A stretch of 64,000 nt of DNA from an uncultured Treponemataceae bacterium. GTDB lineage: Bacteria > Spirochaetota > Spirochaetia > Treponematales > UBA12059. Location of the stretch: the NCBI GenBank assembly GCA_964485395.1, contig CAZAJF010000015.1, positions 16,008 through 80,007 of the forward strand, in the 5' to 3' direction. The position numbers and the translations under genes were made by a program. Position 1 is the stretch's first letter. Every line of letters starts with the position of its first letter. Shown piece after piece: positions 10,042-19,783 of this stretch. The notes under the pieces are model-generated. The model was not told where the DNA came from, ran no database searches, and saw nothing but the letters and a program-made list of their open reading frames with translations.

Positions 10042-10773
10042 ATGAAAGACCTGAAACCGATCATCATCCTTTCGGCGACGCTCGTCGCCGTCACGCTGTT
10101 CGCAGGATGGGTATGGACGAACCGCAATAAAGGCAACGACACGATTTCCGTAAACGGCTACGGGCAGATCGATTTTGAAAGCGACCTGATCTCCTGGAAA
10201 GGCTCGACCGTCCAGTATGACGCAAACCTGGAAACCGCCTATAAAAAACTCAAGGCCAACCAGGAATCCATTCGGGATTTCTTCGCGAAGGCCGGCATCA
10301 AAGAGTCCGAAATCACTTTTTCGGCGGTTCAGATCGACAAGATCGAAAAGGAACTCTACAACGCGGCCGGGGATATCACGGGACGCACATTCGACCGCTA
10401 CGCGCTGCAGCAGGAAGTCAAGATCGTTTCCGCCGAAGTGGACAAACTGGAAGCGCTTTCCCGCAATGTAACCGAACTCATCAAACTGGGCATGGAATTC
10501 TATTCCGAACGACCTGATTATTTTTATACGAAGCTCGTCGACCTGAAACTCGAATTGATAGCGCAGGCCACGAAGGACGCGCGCAACCGTGCGCTCAAGA
10601 TCACGGAAAACGCCGGTGCGCGCCTGGGGCGTCTCAGGAATTCCGACATGGGCGTCTTCCAGATCACGGAGAAAAACTCCGCCGACGAACCCAGTTGGGA
10701 CGGCGCGTACAACACCAAGGCCCGCTACAAGACCGCGACCGTTACGGTTCGGGTAATTTACCAGCTGAACTAG
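10042..10773 (+). CDS. SIMPL (DUF541) domain protein
   Basis: N-terminal TM; 'TISVNGYG'; 'LKLELIAQATKDARNRA'; 'MGVFQIT'. Confidence 0.85.
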   Translation: MKDLKPIIILSATLVAVTLFAGWVWTNRNKGNDTISVNGYGQIDFESDLISWKGSTVQYDANLETAYKKLKANQESIRDFFAKAGIKESEITFSAVQIDKIEKELYNAAGDITGRTFDRYALQQEVKIVSAEVDKLEALSRNVTELIKLGMEFYSERPDYFYTKLVDLKLELIAQATKDARNRALKITENAGARLGRLRNSDMGVFQITEKNSADEPSWDGAYNTKARYKTATVTVRVIYQLN

Positions 10774-10868
10774 GCGAAGCGCCGCGCGCCGTTCGCAGGG
10801 TATCCTCGAAAGACCTTGCCCTAATAGGCTTGCCCAGGCAATACTGAATCGAAAATCGAGGAGAGTTT

Positions 10869-12182
10869 ATGAGCGACATCATTCAACCGCGCGTCCTGAA
10901 AGGTTTCAGGGATTTTTTGCCCCAGATGGAAATGCAGCGGGCCTGCCTTACCGAAATCCTGACGCATTCCTTTAAAAGCTACGGTTTCGTTCCTATAGAC
11001 ACGCCGGTTCTCGAGTATGCCGAAATACTCCTCGGCAAGGCCGCCGGCGAGACCGAGAAACAGGTCTACCGCTTCAAGGACTCAGGCGATCGCGACGTGG
11101 CCATGCGTTTCGACCTTACCGTCCCGTTCGCCCGCTTCATGGCCGAGCATTCGGGAGAACTGTACCTGCCGTTCAAGCGCTACCACATAGCCAAAGCCTG
11201 GCGGGGCGAGAATACCCAGCGCGGCCGATACCGCGAGTTCGTGCAGGCGGACTTCGATATCGTGGGCGCGGACACAGCAGCGGCCGACTTCGAGATAATC
11301 TCCGTCATCCGCAACGCGATGGTTGCCCTGGGCGTACCCGACACAAAAATCCACATCAATAACCGCGGGGTTTTCAACCGTTTCCTGGAACGCCTGGGCT
11401 TGGCCGAAAAATCCGTGGAGATATTGCGCATCGTGGACAAGCTCGCCAAAATCGGTGCGGACGAAGTTCGCAGGCAGATTACGGCCATCGCCGGCGACGG
11501 CAACACGGGGGAGATTCTCGAGTACATAGCCGAAGGTGACGATTTCGACGCCACGCTGGCGCGCATCACGCGGCTGTCGGGAGGCGAGAATCCCGATTCG
11601 GAGCGCCTTTCCACCATACACGCCATGGCCAAGGCGTGCGGCATCGAAGGCTCCATAATTCTTGCGCCGTATATTACGCGCGGCCTGGACTACTACACCG
11701 GCGTGGTATTCGAGACTTTCCTGGACGACCTGCCCGAAATCGGCTCCATATGCTCGGGAGGCCGCTACAACGACCTGGCCTCGCTGTACACCACGCAAAA
11801 GCTGCCCGGCGTCGGAGCATCCATAGGGCTGGACAGATTGCTGGCCGCCCTCGAGGCCATACATCGGCCGGTAGCGGTAACGGGTTACTGCACCGCGATT
11901 ATCATCCAGGTGGAGGAAAGCCTTTCCGTGGATTACCAGGTTGACGCAGCTGCCCTCCGCGCCAAAGGAATCGCCTGCGAGGTATTCGCGGACAAGCGCA
12001 AGATGGGCCAGCAGTTTTCCTACGCGGAAAAAAAAGGATTTGACTGGGCCATCGTGCGCGGCGGGGACGAGAAAGCGCGCGGCATTTGGGTCTTAAAGAA
12101 CCTCAAGACCCGCGAGAGCGCGGAGCATGCGTCGCTCGACAGCGTCGCCGAAAAAATAAACGCCGCCTCCGGCGATGTTTGA
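10869..12182 (+). CDS. hisS: Histidine--tRNA ligase
   Basis: 'KGFRDFLP', 'RFDLTVPFAR', 'GRYREFVQADFD', 'RGLDYYTG', 'GGRYNDL'. Confidence 0.98.
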   Translation: MSDIIQPRVLKGFRDFLPQMEMQRACLTEILTHSFKSYGFVPIDTPVLEYAEILLGKAAGETEKQVYRFKDSGDRDVAMRFDLTVPFARFMAEHSGELYLPFKRYHIAKAWRGENTQRGRYREFVQADFDIVGADTAAADFEIISVIRNAMVALGVPDTKIHINNRGVFNRFLERLGLAEKSVEILRIVDKLAKIGADEVRRQITAIAGDGNTGEILEYIAEGDDFDATLARITRLSGGENPDSERLSTIHAMAKACGIEGSIILAPYITRGLDYYTGVVFETFLDDLPEIGSICSGGRYNDLASLYTTQKLPGVGASIGLDRLLAALEAIHRPVAVTGYCTAIIIQVEESLSVDYQVDAAALRAKGIACEVFADKRKMGQQFSYAEKKGFDWAIVRGGDEKARGIWVLKNLKTRESAEHASLDSVAEKINAASGDV

Positions 12183-12882
12183 CGCGATGGGCCCCATGAG
12201 GAAACCCGGCTTAAAGACCGCGTTTCTCGCCGCCGCGCTCGTCGCATCCGTGACCTCCTTCTTGGGGTGCACGGCAAACGTACCGAAGGTCTTGGCGCTG
12301 GACAGCCGCCTCATCGTCTATGCCGGCGACTCGAGCGGCGGCCGATCCGAGCGCCTGACCGTCTTCGCATCCATCAAGGACAGCGACGGCAAGGAAGACA
12401 TCTCGGAAATGTATATCATCCATGACGATTCCGAGCTGTACTGGCACCTGAACGGCGAAAACTGGATAAGCAAGGATGAAAGCGGCGGTTTTTGGGTAGG
12501 CGGAAACGGGCTTGCAGGTCCTGCGCCGGATTTGCCGCGAGGTATCTACCGCGTACTCGTCGTAGACCGGGCGGGAGAGCGCGTCGAGCGAACTTTCTCC
12601 CTCAACGCGCCGGACACCTCAGCGTACGAACTCCCTTCCGTTACGGCGCAGGGTACCGAATCCATGGTCTTCACCAGCAAGTACGCGACGAACACGGTAT
12701 TCTTTTTCGACGCGGGCAGCAACGTGGTCAAGACCGTCTCCGCCACTCCGGGCAGCCGCAGGCTGGACGAGCTGTGGGGCAACTCGGACTGGAAAAACCA
12801 GGCGTATTTCATTGCGCTGTACTCGTTCGACATTCCTTCCGAAACAGGATTTTTTTCATGGAAAACCAGATTACCCAATTAG
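12175..12882 (+). CDS. Hypothetical lipoprotein
   Basis: Lipobox-like SFLG-C; lies between hisS and trmB. Confidence 0.7.
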   Translation: MFDAMGPMRKPGLKTAFLAAALVASVTSFLGCTANVPKVLALDSRLIVYAGDSSGGRSERLTVFASIKDSDGKEDISEMYIIHDDSELYWHLNGENWISKDESGGFWVGGNGLAGPAPDLPRGIYRVLVVDRAGERVERTFSLNAPDTSAYELPSVTAQGTESMVFTSKYATNTVFFFDAGSNVVKTVSATPGSRRLDELWGNSDWKNQAYFIALYSFDIPSETGFFSWKTRLPN

Positions 12883-12893
12883 GGACGGCGCAG

Positions 12894-13589
12894 ATGGACC
12901 CCATGGAAACGGTGCTCACGACCCGCGATTCCATACGGAGCTATGCCATCCGCTCAGGCAGGCTTACCGACCTCCACAAAGACGCCATCAAGTCGCTGTA
13001 TCCACGGTACGGCCTGGACTGGACCCCGGAAGTAAAGGTAAATTCGCTTTCCCTGTTCGGAAAGGCCGCCCCGCTGGTCGTTGAGGTGGGCTTCGGCATG
13101 GGCATAGCCACCGCCCTCATCGCGGAGCGGCTTCCCGACACCTGTTTCCTGGGCCTTGAGGTGCATGCCCCCGGAATCGGCAAGCTGCTGTCGCTGGTTT
13201 CCGAACAGGGCCTACCCAACGTCAAGGTGTGCCGCCACGATGCCATCGAGGTGATAGACAGCATGTTGGCGCCCGGCAGCGTCCACGGCTTCCATATATT
13301 CTTTCCCGATCCGTGGCCCAAGAAAAAACACCACAAGCGCCGTATCATGAACCCTGCCTTCGCAAGGCTCCTCGCCTCGCGGCTGGAAACCGGGGGTTAT
13401 ATTTATTTCGTCAGCGACTGGGAGGAATACGCCCGGGAAACGCTGGAGCTCCTGGGCGCGCAGGCGTCGCTCCGAAATCGGTACGAAGAGTGGGCTCCCA
13501 GGGAATCTTGGCGCCCGGTTACCAAATTCGAGCAGCGGGCCATCGAAGAAGGCAGGATCATCCGCGAGATGGAATTCCTGAAGCTATAG
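12894..13589 (+). CDS. trmB: tRNA (guanine-N7)-methyltransferase
   Basis: 'VEVGFGMG', 'FLGLEV', 'FFPDPWPKKKHHKRR', 'TKFE'. Start reassigned to ATG 12894. Confidence 0.96.
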   Translation: MDPMETVLTTRDSIRSYAIRSGRLTDLHKDAIKSLYPRYGLDWTPEVKVNSLSLFGKAAPLVVEVGFGMGIATALIAERLPDTCFLGLEVHAPGIGKLLSLVSEQGLPNVKVCRHDAIEVIDSMLAPGSVHGFHIFFPDPWPKKKHHKRRIMNPAFARLLASRLETGGYIYFVSDWEEYARETLELLGAQASLRNRYEEWAPRESWRPVTKFEQRAIEEGRIIREMEFLKL

Positions 13590-13607
13590 GCATCAGGAAC
13601 CGCCGGT

Positions 13608-14960
13608 TCACGAATCGCCGTACGTGCCCATGATCTTTTTCGCTATCTCAAGGAGGCGTTCCCTGGTATTCAAATCGGGGTCCTCCAGCACACTCTCCAG
13701 AAGCTCGGCCAAAATCCGCCCCATCAGCGGCCCCTTTTTTATTCCTGCACCGGCCAAATCGTTGCCGTTTACCGCCAGGTCTTTTATGGAAAAAGCGTTA
13801 TCGCGCGCCACGAGCGCCTCGACCCGCTCCAAAAGCGGCAGCACCGATCGCGGGTCGGCGGGCACGCCTTTCATGCCGCCCGAGTCGGCCAGGCGCAGGC
13901 GCACCAGCGGGGCCAGGTAGTCGAGCCCCACCTTGGAGGCAAAACGGCGCACGGCCGAATCCGTCCAGGCGTCGCTATAGTCGAACATGTGGTGGCGTAT
14001 GAGATGCGTCACGAAATCCACGGTGGCGTTGGGGAATTTAAGACGCCGTAAAATGCTCCCGGCCACCTCCGCGGAAGCGGTATCGTGGCCGTAAAAGTGG
14101 ATTAGGCCGCCGGGCTCTTCCGTCCTGCAGCCGGGCTTCGCGATATCGTGGAGCAGCGCCGCCAGACGCAAGCCGAGCTCAGGCACGGCGGCGTCGCAGG
14201 AAAAGAGGCAGTGGTCCAGCACGTCGAAGCGATGCAGCTCCCCCTGCCCCACGCCGCGGCATGCCAGCAGCTCGGGAAGAATCTCCGCGAGCAGACCGGA
14301 TTTCTCCAGCATGAAAAAACCGGCGCTCGGCTTGGCGCACGCAAGCATCTTGGATAGTTCGTCGCGCACGCGCTCGGGGGACACCAGGCGGAATTTATCG
14401 ATGCGGAGCGGAATCGCGGCGAAGGTGGATTCCTCGATCGAGAAGCCGAACCGCAAGGCAAAGCGAACCGCGCGGAGCGGCCGCAAGCCGTCCTCGCCGA
14501 AGCGGCACAGGGGATCGCCGATGGCCCGCACGATTCCCGCCTTGAGATCGGCCTTTCCGCCGAACGGATCCACTACGAGCCCGTCCGAGGGATCGGCGGC
14601 CATGCCGTTTATGGTAAAATCCCGCCGGGATAGATCGGCGGCAAGGTCGGAGGTAAACTGCACGGTATCGGGCCGGCGGCCGTCGCCGTAGTGTCCGTCC
14701 AGCCGGAACGTGGTAGTCTCCAGCGATTTTCCGCGCCAGCGAACCGTAACGGTGCCGTGCTGCAGCCCCGTGGGAATGACGCCGCGAAACAGCTTCATGA
14801 CGTCTTGCGGCAGCGCGTCCGTGGCGATGTCCCAATCGGCGACAGGCAGCCCTAGAAGGCTGTCGCGGACGGCTCCTCCCACGACATAGCAGGCAAAGCC
14901 CGCTTTCTTGAAGACCGAGGCGAATTCCTTGAGTTCTGCGGGCATGCGGATGGTGCTCAT
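13608..14960 (-). CDS. cca: CCA tRNA nucleotidyltransferase with HD domain
   Basis: 'VGGAVRD', 'DWDIAT', 'DLSRRDFTIN', 'EDGLRPLRAVRF', 'LLHDIAKP'. Start at ATG 14960. Confidence 0.92.
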   Translation of the reverse strand: MSTIRMPAELKEFASVFKKAGFACYVVGGAVRDSLLGLPVADWDIATDALPQDVMKLFRGVIPTGLQHGTVTVRWRGKSLETTTFRLDGHYGDGRRPDTVQFTSDLAADLSRRDFTINGMAADPSDGLVVDPFGGKADLKAGIVRAIGDPLCRFGEDGLRPLRAVRFALRFGFSIEESTFAAIPLRIDKFRLVSPERVRDELSKMLACAKPSAGFFMLEKSGLLAEILPELLACRGVGQGELHRFDVLDHCLFSCDAAVPELGLRLAALLHDIAKPGCRTEEPGGLIHFYGHDTASAEVAGSILRRLKFPNATVDFVTHLIRHHMFDYSDAWTDSAVRRFASKVGLDYLAPLVRLRLADSGGMKGVPADPRSVLPLLERVEALVARDNAFSIKDLAVNGNDLAGAGIKKGPLMGRILAELLESVLEDPDLNTRERLLEIAKKIMGTYGDS

Positions 14961-14967
14961 GGGCAAA

Positions 14968-14996
14968 AGTATAGGATAAGGCTCTGTACTTGCCAA
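14968..14996 (-). promoter_or_regulatory. Sigma70-type promoter of cca (probably leaderless)
   Basis: TTGGCA-17 nt-TATACT, 7 nt before the ATG; no SD. Confidence 0.6.
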
Positions 14997-15044
14997 GCAC
15001 CGTCCTTGACCAAGCTTCTGTCTTTCGCATAACCTAGACCCGTC

Positions 15045-17576
15045 ATGGCAAACCACAATAAATTGCGCATCGCGCTTCTGATACTGGCTGGGGTTACGCT
15101 TTTTCTTGCGCTTACCATAGGTATCGTCTTCGGAATCGCTATCGCCACAACCAAAAACACGATCGCAACGGAGAATTTCTCGGAATTCGATCCTTCGATC
15201 CCTTCGAAAATATTGGACATAGAAGGTCGCCTGATAACAGAATTCGCGTCCAACGAAAAACGCGAGATAGTTTCCATCAAAGACCTGCCCCAGCATCTCA
15301 TCGACGCCCTTATCACCCGCGAGGATAAAACCTTCTGGACTCACCCGGGCTTCACCCTCAAGGGATATTTCCGCGCGGCCAAGGGCGTGCTCACGCGCCA
15401 ATCGCTGGGAGGCGGCTCGGGCATCACGCTGCAGCTGGCCGGCGACATCTACGCGGACCGCAGCGAGATAAGCATCCGCCGCAAACTCGTGGAACTGTGG
15501 TGGGCGTTGCAGATGGAACGCCGCTTCTCCAAGCAGGAAATCCTCGAAAAATACATGAACCGCATGAATATGGGTCCGGGCATCTATGGATTCGAGGCCG
15601 CAAGCAAGTATTATTTCAATCACTCGGCCAAGGAAGCCACACTCGCGGAATCCGCGATCCTGGTAATATTGCTGGCCAGCCCCACGCGCTATAACCCCAT
15701 CAGAAACCCCAATTCATCCAGAAAAATGTCGCGGGAAGTCCTCGACCAGATGGTCAAGGAAGGCTATACCACCAAAGAGGCGGCGGACGAGTCGTTTTCG
15801 GCGTATTGGGACAACTACGACTACACTCGTGTGGCCACGGCCGCATTCTACAACCGCGACGACAAAGCGCCCTGGTTCAGCCAATACGTGCTCCGCGAGC
15901 TTGAAAGCATGCTGTACGGCTCCATCGACCTGTACAAGGACGGGCTGACCGTTCACACCACGCTGAACCTGGACTACCAGAAAGTAGCGGATCGCTACAT
16001 GACGCGGTACCTGGACCAGGCCAATAAAAGCTACCTGGAATCCAGTTCCATCCGCCTGGGCGAAGCCGCGGGAACCTATATTCCGTTGGCGGAACTCATG
16101 GGCTTGGCCTTCAACCTTGAACCCATCTTCATGAATCAATCCAAGATCCAGAACAAGGCGATGGAGCAGTACCGCACCAACATCAACCAGACTGCCGACG
16201 CGCTCGCGCTGATGTTCGGCCTCGAATCGCTGAAGATAGCCACCAACGCCAGCTACGGCGCCACGAAAACCGAGCTGGCCAAGAATACCGTGGAGTGCGC
16301 CCTCATCACCCTGGATAACGACAAAGGCTACGTCCTGGCGCTTGTGGGCGGCTCCAAGTTCGGAGGGTCCAACCAGCTTATCAGGGCGACGCAGTCCATG
16401 CTGCAGCCCGGCTCCTGCTTCAAGCCGCTCTATTATTCCGCAGCCATAGATTCGCGGCTTTTTACGGAAGGCACCCTGATCTACGACGCTCCGGTAGTTT
16501 TCTATAACGACGACGGCACGCCGTTCATCCCCCTCAATTTCAGGGGCGAATGGAAGGGACAGGTGCTGACCTGGTACGCCCTCGCAAAATCCATGAACGT
16601 CCCCTCCATAAAAGTGTTGGACGGCATCGGGTTCGACGCGGCCATCAACCGCGCGGCGGCTTTGCTTGGAATTACCGACCAGGAGGAAATCCGCTCGACA
16701 TTCCCGAGGCTCTACCCGCTGGGGCTCGGCATCAGCTCGGTTTCCCCCTTGAAAATGGCCCGCGCGTTCTCGATTTTCGCCAACCAGGGCAAGGAAACCA
16801 CGGCCATCTCGATACGGTCCATAGAAGACAGAAACGGTAAAATAATACTCGAGCCGGAAAAAGTGCTCAGAACGCAACAAAAGAAAAAAGGCTCCGCCAT
16901 CCAGGTCATCTCGCCGCAAAACGCCTATGTCATGACGGATATGCTGAAGCGCGTCATAACCGACGGAACCCTGGCCGGTCCTTCCTATAATGGCGCCATC
17001 TTTACCTACAAGACGGCCGAGGGCAAAAAGTTCGTCATCCCGGCCGCGGGAAAAACAGGAACCACCAACAACTGGGGCGATGCGTGGACGGTAGGATTCA
17101 CCCCCTACATGACCACGGCCATCTGGTTCGGATTCGACCTTCCCGGCAATTCGCTCGGCGTTGCCCAATCCGGCGCGGTCGTCGCGGGAGCCGCCTGGTC
17201 CAATTACATGAGCGAAATCCATCGCGGCCTGCCCTACAGGGATTTCGTACGTCCGCAATCGGGCCTCGTCGACGTAAAAGTATGCTCCGTCTCAGGTCTT
17301 CTCCCTACCGAATACTGCGACGAAGGGACTGTCAACCTTCTTTTTTACGACGACAAGGGAGTTCCCAACCGATATTGCGACCTGCATCAGCAAAAGTCGG
17401 AACAGGCGGTCGATGCAATTCGAATGCTGACGCAGCAAGGCAGCGCCTTGGGATCGACATCCATCGACTCGACGCTCAATTTCGACATCCCCGACCTGGA
17501 TTCGCTTATCAACTCCCTCAAGGTACCGGAACCCGAAACGACCGAAAAAAAGGATCCCGCGTCTCTTCTTGATTAA
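15045..17576 (+). CDS. mrcA: Class A penicillin-binding protein (PBP1A family)
   Basis: Transglycosylase 'EDKTFWTHPG', 'GGSGITLQLA', 'RKLVE'; transpeptidase SCFK, SMN, KTG. Confidence 0.95.
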   Translation: MANHNKLRIALLILAGVTLFLALTIGIVFGIAIATTKNTIATENFSEFDPSIPSKILDIEGRLITEFASNEKREIVSIKDLPQHLIDALITREDKTFWTHPGFTLKGYFRAAKGVLTRQSLGGGSGITLQLAGDIYADRSEISIRRKLVELWWALQMERRFSKQEILEKYMNRMNMGPGIYGFEAASKYYFNHSAKEATLAESAILVILLASPTRYNPIRNPNSSRKMSREVLDQMVKEGYTTKEAADESFSAYWDNYDYTRVATAAFYNRDDKAPWFSQYVLRELESMLYGSIDLYKDGLTVHTTLNLDYQKVADRYMTRYLDQANKSYLESSSIRLGEAAGTYIPLAELMGLAFNLEPIFMNQSKIQNKAMEQYRTNINQTADALALMFGLESLKIATNASYGATKTELAKNTVECALITLDNDKGYVLALVGGSKFGGSNQLIRATQSMLQPGSCFKPLYYSAAIDSRLFTEGTLIYDAPVVFYNDDGTPFIPLNFRGEWKGQVLTWYALAKSMNVPSIKVLDGIGFDAAINRAAALLGITDQEEIRSTFPRLYPLGLGISSVSPLKMARAFSIFANQGKETTAISIRSIEDRNGKIILEPEKVLRTQQKKKGSAIQVISPQNAYVMTDMLKRVITDGTLAGPSYNGAIFTYKTAEGKKFVIPAAGKTGTTNNWGDAWTVGFTPYMTTAIWFGFDLPGNSLGVAQSGAVVAGAAWSNYMSEIHRGLPYRDFVRPQSGLVDVKVCSVSGLLPTEYCDEGTVNLLFYDDKGVPNRYCDLHQQKSEQAVDAIRMLTQQGSALGSTSIDSTLNFDIPDLDSLINSLKVPEPETTEKKDPASLLD

Positions 17577-17613
17577 GTGATTCCGACGCATTAGACTCGA
17601 GGTGGAGGGTTTG

Positions 17614-18006
17614 GTGCAAATTTCCATAAAAAGCATCCGCATAAAGCGCCGCGTCCGAAAAAACATAGGCGATATCAGTGGCCTTGCGGAAAGTCTCAAT
17701 CGCTTCGGACAGCTGCACCCTATCGTAATCACGAGAAAAAAGGTATTGGTTTCGGGCAGGCGCAGGCTTGCCGCCGCGAAAAGCCTGGGCTGGCCCACCA
17801 TAGACGCTATCGTCCTAGTCGGCAAGGACGCGGCGGATCTCCTGGAGCTTGAACTGGATGAGAACATCCAGCGGGACCCGCTGACGAGGGATGAAGTGGA
17901 CGAAGGCTTGATTCGTCTGGAACGACTCCGGAACCCGGGATTTTTTGCCAGAATCTGGCGAGTTATGATAAAGTTCTTTAAAAGGCTGTTCGGATACGTA
18001 GACTAA
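17614..18006 (+). CDS. Small ParB N-terminal (ParBc/Srx) domain protein
   Basis: 'LAESLNRFGQLHPIVI...SGRRRLAA...ENIQR'; GGAGG SD before GTG 17614. Confidence 0.88.
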   Translation: MQISIKSIRIKRRVRKNIGDISGLAESLNRFGQLHPIVITRKKVLVSGRRRLAAAKSLGWPTIDAIVLVGKDAADLLELELDENIQRDPLTRDEVDEGLIRLERLRNPGFFARIWRVMIKFFKRLFGYVD

Positions 18007-18016
18007 GGGGGACTCG

Positions 18017-18952
18017 ATGAAACTTCGTAACATACTGTCTATCCTGCTTATTATGATCGCAAGCGCGGTCGTCATAGAGGGTCAGTCTTCCAAAATGCCG
18101 GTCGTCAGGGTTTCCGCCTTTTCCGGAAACGCATTGACCCCCAGCGAGCTTTCCACGCTGGAACGACTCGTAAGCTCATTTATCGTAGAACTTAAGATAT
18201 TTCGCGTAATCGACAATACGGGGAAAGAGCTCGTTCTGGCGGAAACGGAAAACGCCCTGGCCATGGGTTCCTCGGTCAACGCTGGAAGCGCTCTCGTCGC
18301 GGATTACATCGTTTCGGGAAGCGTCGGAAAAGTCGGCGACCTGTATATTTTCACGCTGGATAACACGAAAGTATCCACCAGCGAGAAGATTTCCGTATCC
18401 GACACCGCGAACACCATCAACGACGTCGTGCTCAAGACAAAACCCTTGACCAGGAGCCTCTTCGGCAAAACCGATCAAACGCTTGCCACTGCTCCAGCTC
18501 CGGCTCCGGGCACGCAGGCAGGTACCTCCACCGCAGCGGCGCCAAATTCCGAGCAGTTCAGGCTTTCGGTTAAATTGACGGACTTGGTTGGAACATGGCA
18601 GGGTGATAAAGGCCTGGAATCCATACGGATTTTTGCGGACGGAACCGGCGTTGCGGTCTTAAGCGGCGGCGGCACCATGAAACTCAAGCTGGAAATCTCG
18701 GGCCCTACCATTACCGTCCAGCAAAATCAGCCCAATGATCCGCGCATGTATAAGAACGAAAAAATCAACCATTCAATGGCCGTCAAGATAGCCGCGAGCG
18801 CGCGCCCCATGCGCTGGATTTTTCAAATGTCACAGGACGCGGTCATGCTTACCGGGACCAAAGAAACCGTAGCGGCATCCGGAAGCGGAGAATCCATGCA
18901 GATAGACAATTCCTATACGCGGCAGGCGCAGTGGAAGCGAATAGCCCGATAA
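18017..18952 (+). CDS. Exported hypothetical protein (CsgG/TolB-N-like N-terminal domain; resembles treponemal TP0183-like proteins)
   Basis: Signal peptide; 'ADYIVSGSVGKVGDLYIFTL'; linker; 'LVGTWQGDKG'. Confidence 0.65.
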   Translation: MKLRNILSILLIMIASAVVIEGQSSKMPVVRVSAFSGNALTPSELSTLERLVSSFIVELKIFRVIDNTGKELVLAETENALAMGSSVNAGSALVADYIVSGSVGKVGDLYIFTLDNTKVSTSEKISVSDTANTINDVVLKTKPLTRSLFGKTDQTLATAPAPAPGTQAGTSTAAAPNSEQFRLSVKLTDLVGTWQGDKGLESIRIFADGTGVAVLSGGGTMKLKLEISGPTITVQQNQPNDPRMYKNEKINHSMAVKIAASARPMRWIFQMSQDAVMLTGTKETVAASGSGESMQIDNSYTRQAQWKRIAR

Positions 18953-18970
18953 ACTCAAACTCGTGGCGCT

Positions 18971-19417
18971 TTATTGAGTTTTTTTGCGGGAAAGTTTTTT
19001 TGACACACGAAAAAGCAGATAGCCTACGAGCACCGAGGCTCCGCACAGCAGCGCGTACAAACGCGCTTGCTTATCCTGGCATACCGCAGGCGGCGTGTAG
19101 ATAAGCAGATAACCGGGATTCGCCACGCTTACGTTCGTCTTTTTTTTGTTTTTTATCGTCAGTGCAACTTCATTGGAGCTCAAATAGCCCAAGGAGCGGC
19201 CTTCGCGAGCAATCATTTCGGGAGAATCTATCAAACGATTCCACGCGGCCTTGTATTCGGTATTTTTAACCTGCAAGCTTCGAATATTCGCTTCCATCGC
19301 ACGGGATACCTCCGCGGCATAATGGTGAGCAGTGAGTCCGGAACTGCCGAAGAGTGCCGTTATACAGAGGTAGCTGGCCACTGTGAGCCATAGACTTGCA
19401 AATATTACCCGTTTCAT
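18971..19417 (-). CDS. Septum formation initiator family protein (FtsB/DivIC-like)
   Basis: TM + 'FGSSGL' + coiled coil + 'IAREGRSLGYLSSNE'. Confidence 0.75.
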   Translation of the reverse strand: MKRVIFASLWLTVASYLCITALFGSSGLTAHHYAAEVSRAMEANIRSLQVKNTEYKAAWNRLIDSPEMIAREGRSLGYLSSNEVALTIKNKKKTNVSVANPGYLLIYTPPAVCQDKQARLYALLCGASVLVGYLLFRVSKKLSRKKTQ

Positions 19418-19783
19418 CGTTGTAATTCTCGGTACTCAATCAGCATTACTTGACCATAGAACGGCAATAATCGATGCAAGGTTTTTCTGTACGCTTTATC
19501 ATGCAAGCTTGCTGTTTTTCGCAAATAAACACGTATGTATATGAATTGGCACATTCGTCGCATTTGATAAAGCATTTATGCATATTGTCGAGAATTGAGG
19601 CCAATGCTAAATTCCAAACAGCGCCATGTTCGAGTTGACAATATGCCAAAGGCTTATTAGAGTTGATATTACAAGGTTCTTGTAACATATTTTATGTAAT
19701 GTGCCGATACTTTACAAGAATCATTCCGATGACGGAGCGCGCACACTATGCAGAACAAGACCCCGGAAGGGAAAGAGAAATCA

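Noticed and set aside
14961-15623. Long N-terminal extension of cca in the ORF track (similar cases for trmB, both Maf genes, dacA, ABC-F, gntR)
   Set aside because: The extensions overlap neighbouring genes or promoters; family similarity begins at the downstream starts used here
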